Of a stretch of DNA of 64,000 bases, positions 43,492-56,520 are shown one piece after another. How positions within the stretch are numbered: position 1 is the first letter of the stretch; every line of letters begins with the position of its first letter. This DNA is from Macrostomum lignano (lineage: Eukaryota): NCBI GenBank assembly GCA_002269645.1, contig NIVC01002393.1, forward strand, positions 62,001-126,000, given 5' to 3'. A program made the translations under genes and the position numbers. The notes under the pieces were generated by a model. It ran no database searches and was not told the DNA's origin. It was given only the letters and a program-made list of their open reading frames with translations.

Positions 43492-46400
43492 CCCAGTGAA
43501 AAATGATTCATGGATTCCATATGGAATTTGGAATTTAATCCATGGGCCATGTGGAATTTAAATGTTTCCTTAATTTTTGCAAATTAATGACTTAAAGATG
43601 ACATAATGGTATGCAAAGTATTTTTTATGCATTATTTTTTAATTTTTACTGTCCTAATGTTGATGTGGATTTTACAAGGAATTCATGAGAAATAAGCGTA
43701 CATTGATTCAACATGGAATCCACTTCGATAAAAAACTGTGATACACCACATTCAGACGTTTTTATGAAATTACTATAATTAATTATTACATTTATATGCT
43801 TTTAAGTAAAAATTAATATCTTAAAGCTAAATTATAATCAGAAAATAAGATACTGTTTGTTAAAATAGACAAAATAGAAGTGAACAATAAAAAACGTTTC
43901 GTGCTTTTTAAGATTAAATTTATTTTATTTTATATTCGTCAATGTCTTGCATGGTTCAAGGCCTTGAAAGATAAATTGCCTTGTTTATGGCTATTTAAGC
44001 ACCTTAAAAATTTTAGTAGACGTAGCCTATAGGCAATAACTTATAAGGCCATGGCCTCCATGGGATTAGAAATTAGATAAATCAGTATTTCATCATAGAT
44101 AGGCCTAATACTTTTGCCAGTTTTGGTAAAATCCATCCATGATAAATTTATTTAGGCTTATCCAATTTCTAGGAATCCCATGGCCATGTCCATAGATTGG
44201 CTACTCATTTTTTAAACTTAAATAGGCCTTTCGAAGTTCATAATTTCCTCTTAGTCCTACCTATTAGTCCTAGGCCTAGGGCCTATCTATTTATGTATGC
44301 TTATTAATATTAGGCCTATTTTAAGCTAGGCCTATAACTATCAATTCAGGTCCTTCTATTTTAATTAAGGTTAAGACTAGGCCTAGCTTGACTTTGTGAA
44401 TTGTGACTAGTCAATCTAGTTAATCTGTTAAAAATCTATTCATTTATGATTTTCTTCAAAAAAGCCTATTAGCATCTTTTGGACTTGTTGCATTTTTAAA
44501 AACAATATTATTAATCATTATAAATAATTCTTTGCAATTACACTTGCAACCTGTTTTTGGCATAGCTAGCCTAGCAGATCCCTAAGGTTGCTATTATAAA
44601 TAAATAATGATTATTGTAAATTTGATCTGATTTAGGCCAAGTCCAGAATTTAATAGCCATAGGGCATAGCTTTTAAGATTAGGCCTAATGTTTAGGCCGG
44701 TGCATGACCAAGACCGCCACATACCAAGACCGCCACAGCTCTTACTGACTATTGGAATTGAGGGGAAGCTACCAATCTTTCAGCATTGCTATTGGTTATG
44801 ATGGGTTGTGGAGTTAGATAAGGAGGAAGTGTCCTAAGATTGGTCACTAATAAGATGAATAAGTGGCCCAAAATGATTGCAAGTCAACCAGGGCAATTTT
44901 AACAATTCAAATTAAATGAAAAAACAAGAAGCCTGGCTTACTCACCTACCTAGCCAGGCTAGCCTGCTCACTAGTTCTTCTCTTGTGGCCTTGTCTTGCT
45001 GGCTCTCCCCATCTTACCCCTCCTCAGCCCCATCCAATAACATGGTGAGCCAAATTCCTCCCTCCTAGCTCCCCCAAGTGTGGCGGTCTTGTCTTATACC
45101 GTTTAGGCCTAATCATACTATTTTTTTATTAGAGGCAGGGGGTTGTATGCACCCTGGCACACTTTAAGCGACATAGGCATACAACTAGCGAGAGGCATTG
45201 CTGCCTATTCCACTAACTCCCCTGAGCAGGCACATAAGCGTGCGGATATGTATGCAGGCACACTTACACAGGAGTATACAATGGCCCTAACTTTATTTAT
45301 TGTTAGGCATGTATACTTCACTGTGCCTTGGGGGTTGGCTCTCAAGGCTGTTAATTGCACAAGCAGAGAGCCAAGCCAAGATTCCAATTCAGCCCCAAAT
45401 TAATGTGACTACTCTTAGAATCGAGCCTAGGTCGCTAGCACACTAGAGCAGCTGTGCTACCGCTTGGCTACAACCCCCCTTTTAATTATAATAGGCCAGC
45501 AAATATAAAAAAACATGCATTGCTTTGCCTAAATACTTTATAGTCTAAAATCAGTTTTAAAATAAAAAATTAAATTTATAGAAACATATATTAATTTTTT
45601 GTACTTATTATTTTAATTTTATTAATTTAATTTTATTGATTGACTTAGGTAGGGTTTTCTTTTTTGCTAGAGACAAGGTGCAAAATCATACCCTATGCTC
45701 ACTTTTAGGGTTTTATGATTTTAAGGCTTAGAATGTAGTTTCTCTTTTTTCTTATATAAAGGCAGTGCAAAAAAGGCTTCAACAGAAAAATAGGTAATGA
45801 GATCACACCTAAACTGTATCATCAACTTTTTAATTTCAATTTTCAAGGTGCAATTTTTAAATTTAGGGTGCATATACACACTTTGCGCTTAAAAAATAAA
45901 CCTAGGACTTAGGCCTAGTTAATTTTAAAATAAACTTTATTTTATTTTATAAGTATTCATCATTAAATTAGTTTTATGAATTATATCAATATTATTTATC
46001 AATCTTAATTGGCAACAATTATTTTTCTATTTCATTTCAGCCTAACATTACATGGCCCATCCTCAAACTTGGATGTCACCTTGGTCTTGCATTTGAAGAA
46101 GCTTGCAAAGCTACTTGGAATTTGAATTTAATATCTCGAATGCTACCTTTTGTGAAGCAATGGTAAGTTTTAGTTATAAACTGATTTTTTTCTGTCATCA
46201 AAATCTATCAAAATCTATTACAAAATCTGTCAATCTGTTATAAAATTCTGTAATTTAACCCCTTTCTTTTCTAAGGTTGCTCACCTGACCTGAAGAAGCA
46301 GCATTCTGGCAATTGGCAGCAGCATGTTTCTGACTGTTCTAATTCTGATGCATTATATTATTGTTAATTAATTAATGCTATTGACAATGTCAATTTCAAA

Positions 46401-46863
46401 TTATATATTATATCATATGCGCAGTGCAACTCTAAAGATATCAATATTTACATCAGTGTGTTTATTCTTTGTGTGCCAGTGACTCACTACTGTACATAAA
46501 TACACCTTACATCGTTTTTGAATATTGAATATTGAATTTTTGTGCAGAAATATTTTTTGCTATAGCTAGTGTTTCATCTGTGTTTCAGTTTCTTTTATAT
46601 GGTATTGAGATCTGGGGTTCGTATGAAATTTTGAGATCTGGTATTATTTTGAGATTTAGGATGCAACAATTTATTATGGCAACCAGTATAATGGCTGCTT
46701 ACTCAATGACAATGTGGATTCTATGTGAAATACATAATTACTTCCATATGGATCTTCCATGTGGAATCCATATCTTGATTCCACATGGATGGACGGAGAC
46801 AAATGCACATATGGATTTCATATGAAAAATCCACATGGAATCCATATCATTTTTTTCACTGGG
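43492..46863. mobile_element. Non-autonomous CACTA/EnSpm (CMC)-type DNA transposon, 3372 bp
   Basis: Termini CCCAGTGAAAAA...TTTTTCACTGGG with extended subterminal ccatatggaat/ccatgtggaat repeats; 2-bp TSD AG (43490-43491 and 46864-46865). The insertion splits a unit of a local 19-bp repeat gaggggcgccatttcatct, which resumes after the element. Confidence 0.8.
44699..45100. mobile_element. 402-bp MITE with 9-bp TSD (Mutator- or Merlin-like), nested in the CACTA element
   Basis: TIRs GGTGCATGACCAAGACCGCCAC and (reverse complement) GGTATAAGACAAGACCGCCAC; TSD GTTTAGGCC at 44690-44698 and 45101-45109. Confidence 0.75.
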
Positions 46864-47922
46864 AGGGGCGCCAGCACCAAAGGTACCACCAGATCTCGCC
46901 CTTCCGCCCCTACTCTCCCACCCGCCCCTCTCCCGTCCGCCCCTACTATCCTTTCCGCCCCTACCAATTCTCATTTTTCCTTTCCGCCCCTTAACCAACC
47001 TACTCTCCTTTCCGCCCCTACCTAGCTACTCTCGATTTCCTGTAACAAAAAACAGCTTGCATGTAAATGTTAATTTTACACAATCAGTTCGGCATCAATC
47101 AGATTTCTTAATCCATTTTTTTAATTTCTATGCATGAGCAGAGTTGCAATAAATCTGTATTCTGTATTCCTTGATTTCAATACACTCATATGTTCGTTTT
47201 TGTTAGGAAAAAAGGAACAAAGAAGTTGCCCTGCCCCTGCTACAAAAATGTTTGATATTCACAATCACATGTACAGGGGCGTCGTCGCCATGGTTTTTTA
47301 CATGTACATAATGTATATATGTAAAGCCATCTAAGAATTGAATTCTCGTAAAATTATTTTACATGCATATACATGAACAAATCTCTACTATACATGTACA
47401 TTGTTTTGAGAATCAATGTTGGCAGCTCTTCATTTTGGAGCTGCACTGCAGGAATTCAGTGCGCCCTGAAGCAAGATTATTCCGTTAGTCTATAACTCAA
47501 ATTTTATTTGATTTTACTCTTAATGGCAATGTATATTATTATTTTCATATTTTTGTCCTCTCATTCCTATTAAATATAATTCTGGCAAAAAATTCCTATG
47601 TACGAGCGTACCCAACAGATGCAATTTAATTTGATTGTAGTCATTAATCCAGTAGACAGTCCCGAAGACTTTTAATTCTGTTGTTTTTAAAGCAGTTTTA
47701 AAGGCCTAATCAAATAATTTTTAAGTTGATTTGCTTAAATAAAAAGAGATGTAATTGAAAATTTGTTTTAATGACTAATTCAAAGCAATTCAGCGCTATT
47801 TTGACTTCTCAATTTTCAAAGAAAATTATCACAAAATAAATGTTTTGCCTGATTAGCTAGCTGAACTTAATCATTTTTTATTCATTTGAAGTTCAGCTTG
47901 TTCTTTAGCGCTACAAGATTTA

Positions 47923-50900
47923 ATGGCTCAATTTAACAGTATTGAAGAAATATTGGAAAAATATATTCCAAAAGAGGAGTTACAGAAAGTTCACCGTGGT
48001 CTTTATGGTTTCGATATTCAGGAGTAAGTACTCGTAACTCTCCTTACCTCTAAACGTTCCTTGATTTCCGTTAGTTTTAAAAAGAACGTCGATCAACCTT
48101 ACTAAAAATAAAAGAAGTAGTCTAGTTTGTTGAAAAGTAAAAACTATTTTGATTTACGGCTGAATTAGAGTCGTTTCAATTATTTGTTGAATCGTTAATT
48201 TAAGATTGTATCTATAGAATATTTAAATAGATAAGACAGTGTAATAGCTGCTGTAATTGTCTAAAAATAGTCCACTTTAATTCTTCCAGGATTAAAAAAA
48301 TGGCAGATTAATTTTCATGAAAATGTGAACAAAGCAATGACTTTTTAGCAAATGTAGAGATCTTTATTATTATTAAGTTTATTAGACTCATTTGAATTGT
48401 TCAAATGTTTATTTGTTAATTAAATTATTTTCATATATGCTCCATACCTGCTAAATGTATCAAAGCCCTATTTTGCAAGTCTCTAAATTTTAAAACAAAA
48501 TTTGAGAATTACATAGCAAGGAGAAAAAGAGCTTTTTAAAATTTCTATTTTTTAGAATAAATTTTTATGATTTCTGTATATAGAGATGACTTAGATGTAT
48601 ACTTGTAACTAGGTTGATGTCAACAAAAGATAGAGAGAGCAAAGGCGATGGTTCTGAGCTTTTCAGAAGAAAAAGAAACTTAAGGAGTTGAGTATTTGGT
48701 CTAACTTTATTTATAGTGATGTTTTGTATATAACCGGAAAATTCTGGAAATTTCAATAATTAAAACAAAGTTAATTGCATTCTATACTAATGTGTGATTC
48801 TACAGCAAAAATGCATTAATAAATTCGACTAGTACAACTTCCATATTTAGGATTTTAGAGTAACATTAACATTTAATTAAATTTAAGGAAATTTCTAGAA
48901 TGAACTTTAACTTCGCACTAAAAAAGTATTTTCTGGAAGATTCTAATTCTAAAAATAAATCTAGCGCACATGAACTTTCTAAATGCGAATACGCTTTACG
49001 CTACATACTTATATATAATTAATAATCATAACTTCTGTGAAACTCTTAAACTTAATAGTAACCCCATAAAAACCTTTAAAACAGCCCATCACACTACCTG
49101 AAATTCGATCCAAAAGTGAAGGGTCTGGCTGACCAGTTAAAGCTCGAGGTCAAGTCATTTCGATTTCCTGCACTAGCTGAGGAATTGCGCAAACCGCGAA
49201 TTGTTCGAATTGGAGCCATCCAGAATTCCATTGTTGAGCCCACGGATGCTCCAATTAGAGCACAGGTGAGCAGTATGTGATCGAGATCACTCGTTTCACA
49301 ATATATTAAACAATAAGCAGTAAAAGTGCAAACATAAAAACTTCATTTTAGAGAGACAGCCTCATCAAGAAGATTAGCAGTTACATTGCAGTGGCTGCCG
49401 AATGCGGAGTCAATGCGCTCTGTATGCAAGAGACCTGGAGTGAGTCTAGTGGGGCTGTCGAGTAGATTGTCAAGTAAACTATCGAGTAGGCTGTCAAGTA
49501 GATTGTTGAACAGACTATCGAGTAGACTATCGAGTAGACTATCGAGTAGATTATCGAGTAGACTATCCAGTAGGCTGTCGAGTAGACTATCGAGTAGGCT
49601 GTCGAGTAGACTATCGAGTAGACTGTCAAGTAGCCTATCGAGTAGACTATCAAGTAGGCTGTCGAGTAGACTATCGAGTAGACTGTCAAGTAGCCTATCG
49701 AGTAGACTATCGAGTAGGCTGTCGAGTAGATTGTTGAACAGACTATCGAGTAGACTATCGAGTAGACTGTCGAGTAGGCTGTCGAGTAGACTATTGAGTA
49801 GACTGTTAAGTAGGCCATCGAGTAGACTATCGAGTAGACCATCGAGTAGACTATCGAGTAGACCATCGAGTAGACTATCTAGTAGACCATCGAGTAGACT
49901 ATCGAGTAGACCATCGAGTAGACTATCGAGTAGACCATCGAGTAGACTATCGAGTAGACCATTGAGTAGACTATCTAGTAGACCATCGAGTAGACTATCG
50001 AGTAGACCATCGAGTAGACTATCTAGTAGACCATCGAGTAGACTATCGAGTAGACCATCGAGTAGACTATCTAGTAGACCATCGAGTAGACTATCGAGTA
50101 GACTATCGAGTAGATTATCGAGTAGACTATCGAGTAGGCTGTCGAGTAGACTATCGAGTAGGCTTTCGAGTAGACTATCGAGTAGACTGTCAAGTAGCCT
50201 ATCGAGTAGACTATCAAGTAGACCATTGAGTAGACTATCTAGTAGACCATCGAGTAGACTATCTAGTAGACCATCGAGTAGACTATCGAGTAGACCATCG
50301 AGTAGACTATCGAGTAGACCATTGAGTAGACTATCTAGTAGACCATCGAGTAGACTATCTAGTAGACCATCGAGTAGACTATCGAGTAGACCATCGAGTA
50401 GACTATCGAGTAGACCATCGAGTAGACTATCGAGTAGACCATCGAGTAGACTATCTAGTAGACCATCGAGTAGACTATCGAGTAGACCATCGAGTAGACT
50501 ATCGAGTAGACCATCGAGTAGACTATCTAGTAGACCATCGAGTAGACTATCGAGTAGACCATCGAGTAGACTATCGAGTAGACCATCGAGTAGACTATCG
50601 AGTAGACCATCGAGTAGACTATCTAGTAGACCATCGAGTAGACTATCGAGTAGACCATCGAGTAGACTATCGAGTAGACTTTCAAGTAGACAATCGAGTA
50701 GACTGTCAAACAACGTCTTAGTCAATCTCACCCGTCTCCTTTGCCCCCCACCCCGACAGACATGCCGTTCGCCTTCTGCACCCGGGAGAAGCACCCATGG
50801 ACGCAGTTCGCCGAATCGGCCGAGGACGGCCCAACCACCCAGGCGATGCGACAGCTCGCCGCCCGGTACAACATGGTGATCGTGTCGCCAATTCTTGAAC

Positions 50901-53900
50901 GCGACGAATCACACGGTGACACCGTGTGGAATACGGCTGTAGTGATTTCCAATACTGGCAAAGTGATTGGCAAGACTAGGAAGAATCACATACCGCGAGT
51001 GGGAGATTTCAATGAGGTGAAATGGGCGTGGGTTTGTGTGGGGTAGTCAGAGCGTCGAACTCACGACTGAAGGAAAGGTCTGGGGTTCGATTCTTGACCC
51101 ACTAGAAACAAATTGTGTCCTTGAGCAAGACACTTAACTCTGTTTTCAGTTCACCCAGCTGTAAGATGAGTGCCAGCATTAGCTGGGGTAATTGGGGGTG
51201 TGTGTGGCGACCCCCCAGTCCTGGACTGAACAGTTGTACGCAGCCTTCAACAGCTAAAACAAGATTAAAATTTCTATACTTTTTAATGAATTTCAATTTT
51301 GTGTGCATGGTTTTAATCTAAATACTGCTGAATGTTCCACAGAGACTGCAATTGCTTATGCCATTATCTAAAGTTGCGGTCAGTTTGATAAAAAATGTCT
51401 GTACTACACACAAAGTAAACTCCAAGGTCATCCAGGGTTCACAGATATACATGTACGCTTGTATTGGATTCACATATTCTTGAGTCGGAAATCTCTTTCT
51501 CTTGTTCACTCAATAACTCACTCACTAACTCACTAACTCACACACTCGCTCACTCATTCACTCACTCATTCACTCACTCACTCATTCACTCGTTCACTCA
51601 TTCACTCGTTCACTCATTCACTCGTTCACTCATTCACTCGTTCAGTCACTCACTAACTCACTCACTAACTCATTCACTCGTTCACTCACTCATGAACTCA
51701 TTAACTCATGAACTCACTCATTCACTCGTTCACTCACTCACTCACTCATGAACTCACTCATGAACTCATGAACTCACTCATGAACTCATGAACTCACTCA
51801 TAAACTCATGAACTCACTCATGAACTCATGAACTCACTCATAAACTCATGAACTCTATCACTCGTTCACCCGCAGTCAACCTACTACATGGAGAGCGAGC
51901 TGGGCCATCCGGTATTCGACACCCAGTTCGGTCGCATCGCGGTGAACATCTGCTACGGCCGGCACCACCCACAGAACTGGCTGATGTACGGCGTGAACGG
52001 CGCAGAGATCGTGTTCAACCCCTCCGCCACTGTGGACAGCCTCAGCGAGGCCTTCTGGCCAATCGAAGCTCGCAACGCCGCCATAGCCAATAATTATTTC
52101 TCTGTTGCTATCAACCGAGTTGGCACCGTGAGTTTGAGTCATGCTGTCATGTCTAACACCGGCTTTTGATCGCGTCTCTAACACCTTATCCAAAATCCAC
52201 ACCCACTCTAACACAGTCTCTAACACCCTGTCTAACACACTCACTCTAACTGAGTCTCTAACACCCTGTCTAACACCCTGTCTAACACCCTGTCTAACAC
52301 CCTGTCTAACACCCTGTCTAACACCCTGTCTAACACCCTGTCTAACACCCTGTCTAACACCCTGTCTAACACCCTGTCTAACACCCTGTCTAACACCCTG
52401 TCTAACACCCTGTCTAACACCCTGTCTAACACCCTGTCTAACACCCTGTCTAACACCCTGTCTAACACCCTGTCTAACACCCTGTCTAACACCCTGTCTA
52501 ACACCCTGTCTAACACCCTGTCTAACACACCCACTCTAACCGAGTCTCTAACATCCTGTCTAACATACCCACTCTAACACAGTCTCTAACACTTTGTCTA
52601 ACACACCTACTCTAACGGAGTCTCTAACACCCTGTCTAACACACTCACTCTAACACAGTCTCTAACACTCTGTCTAACACACCCACTCTAACACAGTCTC
52701 TAACACTCTGTCTAACACACCCACTCTAACACAGTCTCTAACACTCTGTCTAACACACCCACTCTAACACAGTCTCTAACACTCTGTCTAACACACCCAC
52801 TCTAACACAGTCTCTAACACTCTGTCTAACACACCCACTCTAACACAGTCTCTAACACTCTGTCTAACACACCCACTCTAACACAGTCTCTAACACTCTG
52901 TCTAACACACTCACTCTAACAGAGTGTCTAACACCATGTCTAACACCCACAATTTTGTTTCTTATTTAATTAGAATATATTGTGTCTATCTTCTCTCCTA
53001 CAGGAGAATTTCGCTCACGAGTTCACTTCCGGTGACGGCAGGAGTGCTCACCATGATTTTGGTCATTTCTACGGTTCATCGTACGTGACTGCTCCTAACG
53101 GGGCGCGGAGTCCTGTGAGTTCCGTTTCTGTGCAAGATAGATGATTTAAGATTATGCAAAATCACCCAACAGACAGGGACGCCCACCAACAGACAGGGAC
53201 GCCCACCAAGAGACAGGGGCGCCCACCAAGAGTCAGGGGCACCCACCAACAGACAGGGGCACCCACCAAGAGACAGGGGCACCCACCAAGAGACAGGGGC
53301 ACCCACCAAGAGACAGAGCACCCACCAAGAGACAGGGGCACCCACCAAGAGACAGGGGCGTCCACCAAGAGACAGGGGCACCCACCAAGAGACAGGGGCA
53401 CCCACCAAGAGACAGGGGCACCCACCAAGAGACAGGGGCACCCACCAAGAGACAGGGGCACCCACCAAGAGACAGGGGCACCCACCAAGAGACAGTGGCA
53501 CCCAACAACGAGACAGTGGCACCCAACAACGAGACAGCGGCACCCAACAACGAGACAGCGGCACCCAACAACGAGACAGTGGCACCCAACAACGAGACAG
53601 CGGCACCCAACAACGAGACAGTGGCACCCAACAACGAGACAGCGGCACCCAACAACGAGACAGCCCCCCCCCCCTAAAACATAGGGATGCGCACCTAAGA
53701 TAGTGTTAACTGAAAAAAATAACTTACGAAGATCCATAAATTTTTCAGTCACAGTAATATTGCAAATTGGATAAAATGCTATATAAAAATTTGTAATTGG
53801 TTCACAACTGTGAGTTGTTGCATCTGATTGGGAATATTTTGTTGCAATTTTGATTGGAGTAATCAATTTTTAAAAAAATCAATTCCCCTCCTAAACTCTC

Positions 53901-54303
53901 AGGGCCTGTCGCGGGTGTCAGACGGCCTGCTGGTAGTCGAAGCAGACTTGAACCTCTGCCGCCAGGTCAAGGACCAATGGGGCTTTCGGGTGAGTATAAA
54001 GTACAGCGCGACCGCGATTTCAAATTAATGCGAAAAATTAAATAGATTAACAAAAATACAAAATAAAAAATTATTGATTATTAAGAATACTATACAAGCA
54101 GGGTCATTTTCTGCTTACGACTATTATCTTTATGAACTGGATCGCATCATTGTGTTGTATTTTTAAACTCGCCCTTAGAAGGGCCGTTTTACTAATTTCA
54201 AAATTTTCTATTGCAGATGACGCAGCGATTGGATCTCTACGCTGAGAGTTTAGCCAAAGCCGTGAAGCCGGACTTTCAGCCGCAAATTATAGCGGAAAAA
54301 TAA
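47923..54303 (+). CDS. UPB1: Beta-ureidopropionase (beta-alanine synthase, nitrilase superfamily), 8 exons, 387 aa
   Basis: Exons 47923-48023, 49085-49265, 49352-49439, 50760-51016, 51876-52127, 53004-53114, 53903-53989 and 54217-54303 are all GT-AG and phase-consistent (1164 nt). Motifs [16 protein letters not shown] (Glu), [13 protein letters not shown] (Lys), NICYGRHHP (Cys), [17 protein letters not shown] and QWGFRMT. Confidence 0.97.
49455..50705. repeat. 12-bp minisatellite (tcgagtagacta/cca)n filling UPB1 intron 3
   Basis: LSSR and LDSL repeat ORFs of 497 and 483 aa. Confidence 0.97.
51023..51275 (+). mobile_element. tRNA-derived CORE-like SINE (copy 2) in UPB1 intron 4
   Basis: B-box ggggttcgattc; tgtgtccttgagcaagacacttaac...cagttcacccagctgtaagatgagtgcc (CORE-like); 3' part matches 13690-13770. 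Confidence 0.8.
51510..51865. repeat. (cactcatt/cactcgtt/catgaact)n simple repeat
   Basis: Tandem 8-12-bp motifs up to the exon 5 acceptor. Confidence 0.85.
52170..52950. repeat. 12-bp (tctaacaccctg)n array grading into a 38-bp higher-order unit
   Basis: PCLT and VLDR repeat ORFs; later units are tctaacacacccactctaacacagtctctaacactctg. Confidence 0.95.
53165..53665. repeat. 20-bp (cacccaccaagagacagggg)n then 21-bp (cacccaacaacgagacagtgg)n
   Basis: Two related adjacent arrays in UPB1 intron 6. Confidence 0.95.
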
Positions 54304-54744
54304 AAAGATCAATTTGGCTTTGGCTAAAATTCAATTAATTACTTTGTTGCCAGTTTATATAAACGACATATAAAAGCTTTCTAGAATTTTTTGTATTGAA
54401 GCATTAATTATATATGATAGAAATCATGATCTTTGTTGCTAACAAATTACTTAACCAGTAAAATTTTAAAATATAACAGTATAATTAATCAATTGTTAAT
54501 CTGGATTTTAGTATCGGCGATTATAATGACAATAAAGGTCATTCGAAAGGTCCGGTGCTTTTTTGACTTTGTTTGATCCCTACGAGCGTACTTTAACGTA
54601 TTGATTATTGGAAAAATCAAAACGGCCCTTTTGAGGCACGCAGCTAATAAAAATTTACGTATTGAAGAAAAACTAGAAGGCCTGTTGATTTCACTAAAAA
54701 TTTGTAGTAGAATATGTTATAGCGTATGGCTTATGGTCGGATGA

Positions 54745-54960
54745 TCAGAGAGGAAAGTAAAAGATACGAGTAAGAGAAGAGAAGAGAGCTAAGAGAGAAG
54801 CTATAGGCGAGAGAGGAGATGAGACGAGGAGCTGAGGTGAGGTATGGGATGAAAAAAGACAGAAGATCAGAGAGAAGACAATAGAATAGAGGAGAGAAGA
54901 TGAAAAGGGAGAGGGGAGAGATAAGGGGGAGAGGAGAGAGAAGAGATGACATAGATAAGA
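54745..54960. repeat. AG-rich low-complexity tract
   Basis: Purine-rich runs. Confidence 0.7.
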
Positions 54961-55484
54961 GGCGCACGCAAAAGACCACTGAGCTCTTGCGCATGTGGGA
55001 GGACAGGCGGCTGTGGTCTGGAGCGCCTGGAAGTCAGTCACAAAACAGTCAGTCAGTGTCACCGTTCGCCCTTGGCCAGGCCAACTTTAGGAAATCAAAT
55101 TTTTTAAATACAAATCAACAAAATCTAAAATATGTCATTGTCTTATTGTCAAAAAATCACGATTTATTTCAATTTTTTTAAATTTTACAACTTTGTCGAA
55201 TTTGACTGAATAAACTACATTTGTTTCTTGACAATCAACATTTAAAGGGAAATCTTACCAGTTGAAGGAACTCAGGCAGTTTATACCTTGCTCAACTGCC
55301 GTGGCTTTCTGGTAGAAAGTTTTTTTAACCTATTTTCAACCCTGTACTCAGAAAGTTTTTAATTTTCACCCTCCCCAGATACTACTTAACTAGGTAGAGA
55401 GGCCCGACCTAACCTACAGTAAATTGTACTCACCTTAATTGATACAGTGAAAATTATCTGGGCTAACATCATTGATCCACGCTG

Positions 55485-56310
55485 TTACAGTCTCACCTCT
55501 CCATCTCCACCTTCCCTTTCAGTCTCACCTCTCCATCTCCACCTCCCCTCTCAGTCTCACCTCTCCATCTCCCTTCTCATTCTCACCTCTCCATCTCCCT
55601 TCTCATTCTCACCTCTCCATCTCCCTTCTCATTCTCACCTCTCCATCTCCCTTCTCATTCTCACCTCTCCATCTCCCTTCTCAGTCTCACCTCTCCATCT
55701 CCACCTCCTCTCTCAGTCTCACTTCTCCATCTCCAACTCCCTCTCAGTCTCACCTCTCCATCTCCAACTCCCTCTCAGTCTCACTTCTCCATCTCCACCC
55801 CCTCTTACTCTCACCTCTCCATCTCCAACTCCCTCTCAGTCTCACCTCTCCATCTCCAACTCCTCTCTCAGTCTCACTTCTCCATCTCCACCCCCCTCTT
55901 ACTCTCACCTCTCCATCTCCAACTCCTCTCTCAGTCTCACTTCTCTATCTCCACCCCCTCTTACTCTCACTTCTCCATCTCCACCCCCCTCTTACTCTCA
56001 CCTCTCCATCTCCAACTCCCTCTCAGTCTCACTTCTCCATCTCCAACTCCCTCTCAGTCTCACTTCTCCATCTCCAACTCCCTCTCAGTCTCACTTCTCC
56101 ATCTCCAACTCCTCTCTCAGTCTCACCTCTCCATCTCCAACTCCCTCTCAGTCTCACCTCTCCATCTCCAACTCCTCTCTCAGTCTCACTTCTCCATCTC
56201 CAACTCCCTCTCAGTCTCACTTCTCCATCTCCAACTCCCTCTCAGTCTCACTTCTCCATCTCCAACTCCCTCTCAGTCTCACCTCTCCACCTCCCTATCA
56301 GTCTCACCCC
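55485..56310. repeat. 31-bp CT-rich minisatellite (ctcacttctccatctccaactccctctcagt)n
   Basis: Units at 56221 and 56252. Confidence 0.92.
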
Positions 56311-56364
56311 TTCACTACTAAGGGCCCCGTAACGGCGGTTTTTAGAGGTGGGGTGGGTGTTCAG

Positions 56365-56520
56365 GCGCCCCGAAATGTATGCCACAGGCGCCCCGATATG
56401 TATGCCACAGGCGCCCGGATATATGTATGCCACAGGCGCCCCGATATGTATTCCACAGGCGCCCCGATGTGTAAGCCACAGGCGCCCCGATATGTATGCT
56501 ACAGGCGCCCGGATATGTAC
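56365..56520. repeat. ~23-bp repeat (aggcgccccgatatgtatgccac)n
   Basis: Six or seven tandem copies. Confidence 0.85.

Noticed and set aside
45137-45480. Possible MITE with AGGGGGTTGTA inverted ends and the 86-aa ORF 45143..45403
   Set aside because: Short inverted repeat, no TSD found and no recognisable protein motif.
49343-50879. 483- and 497-aa LDSL/LSSR ORFs
   Set aside because: A 12-bp array inside UPB1 intron 3, bounded by valid splice sites.
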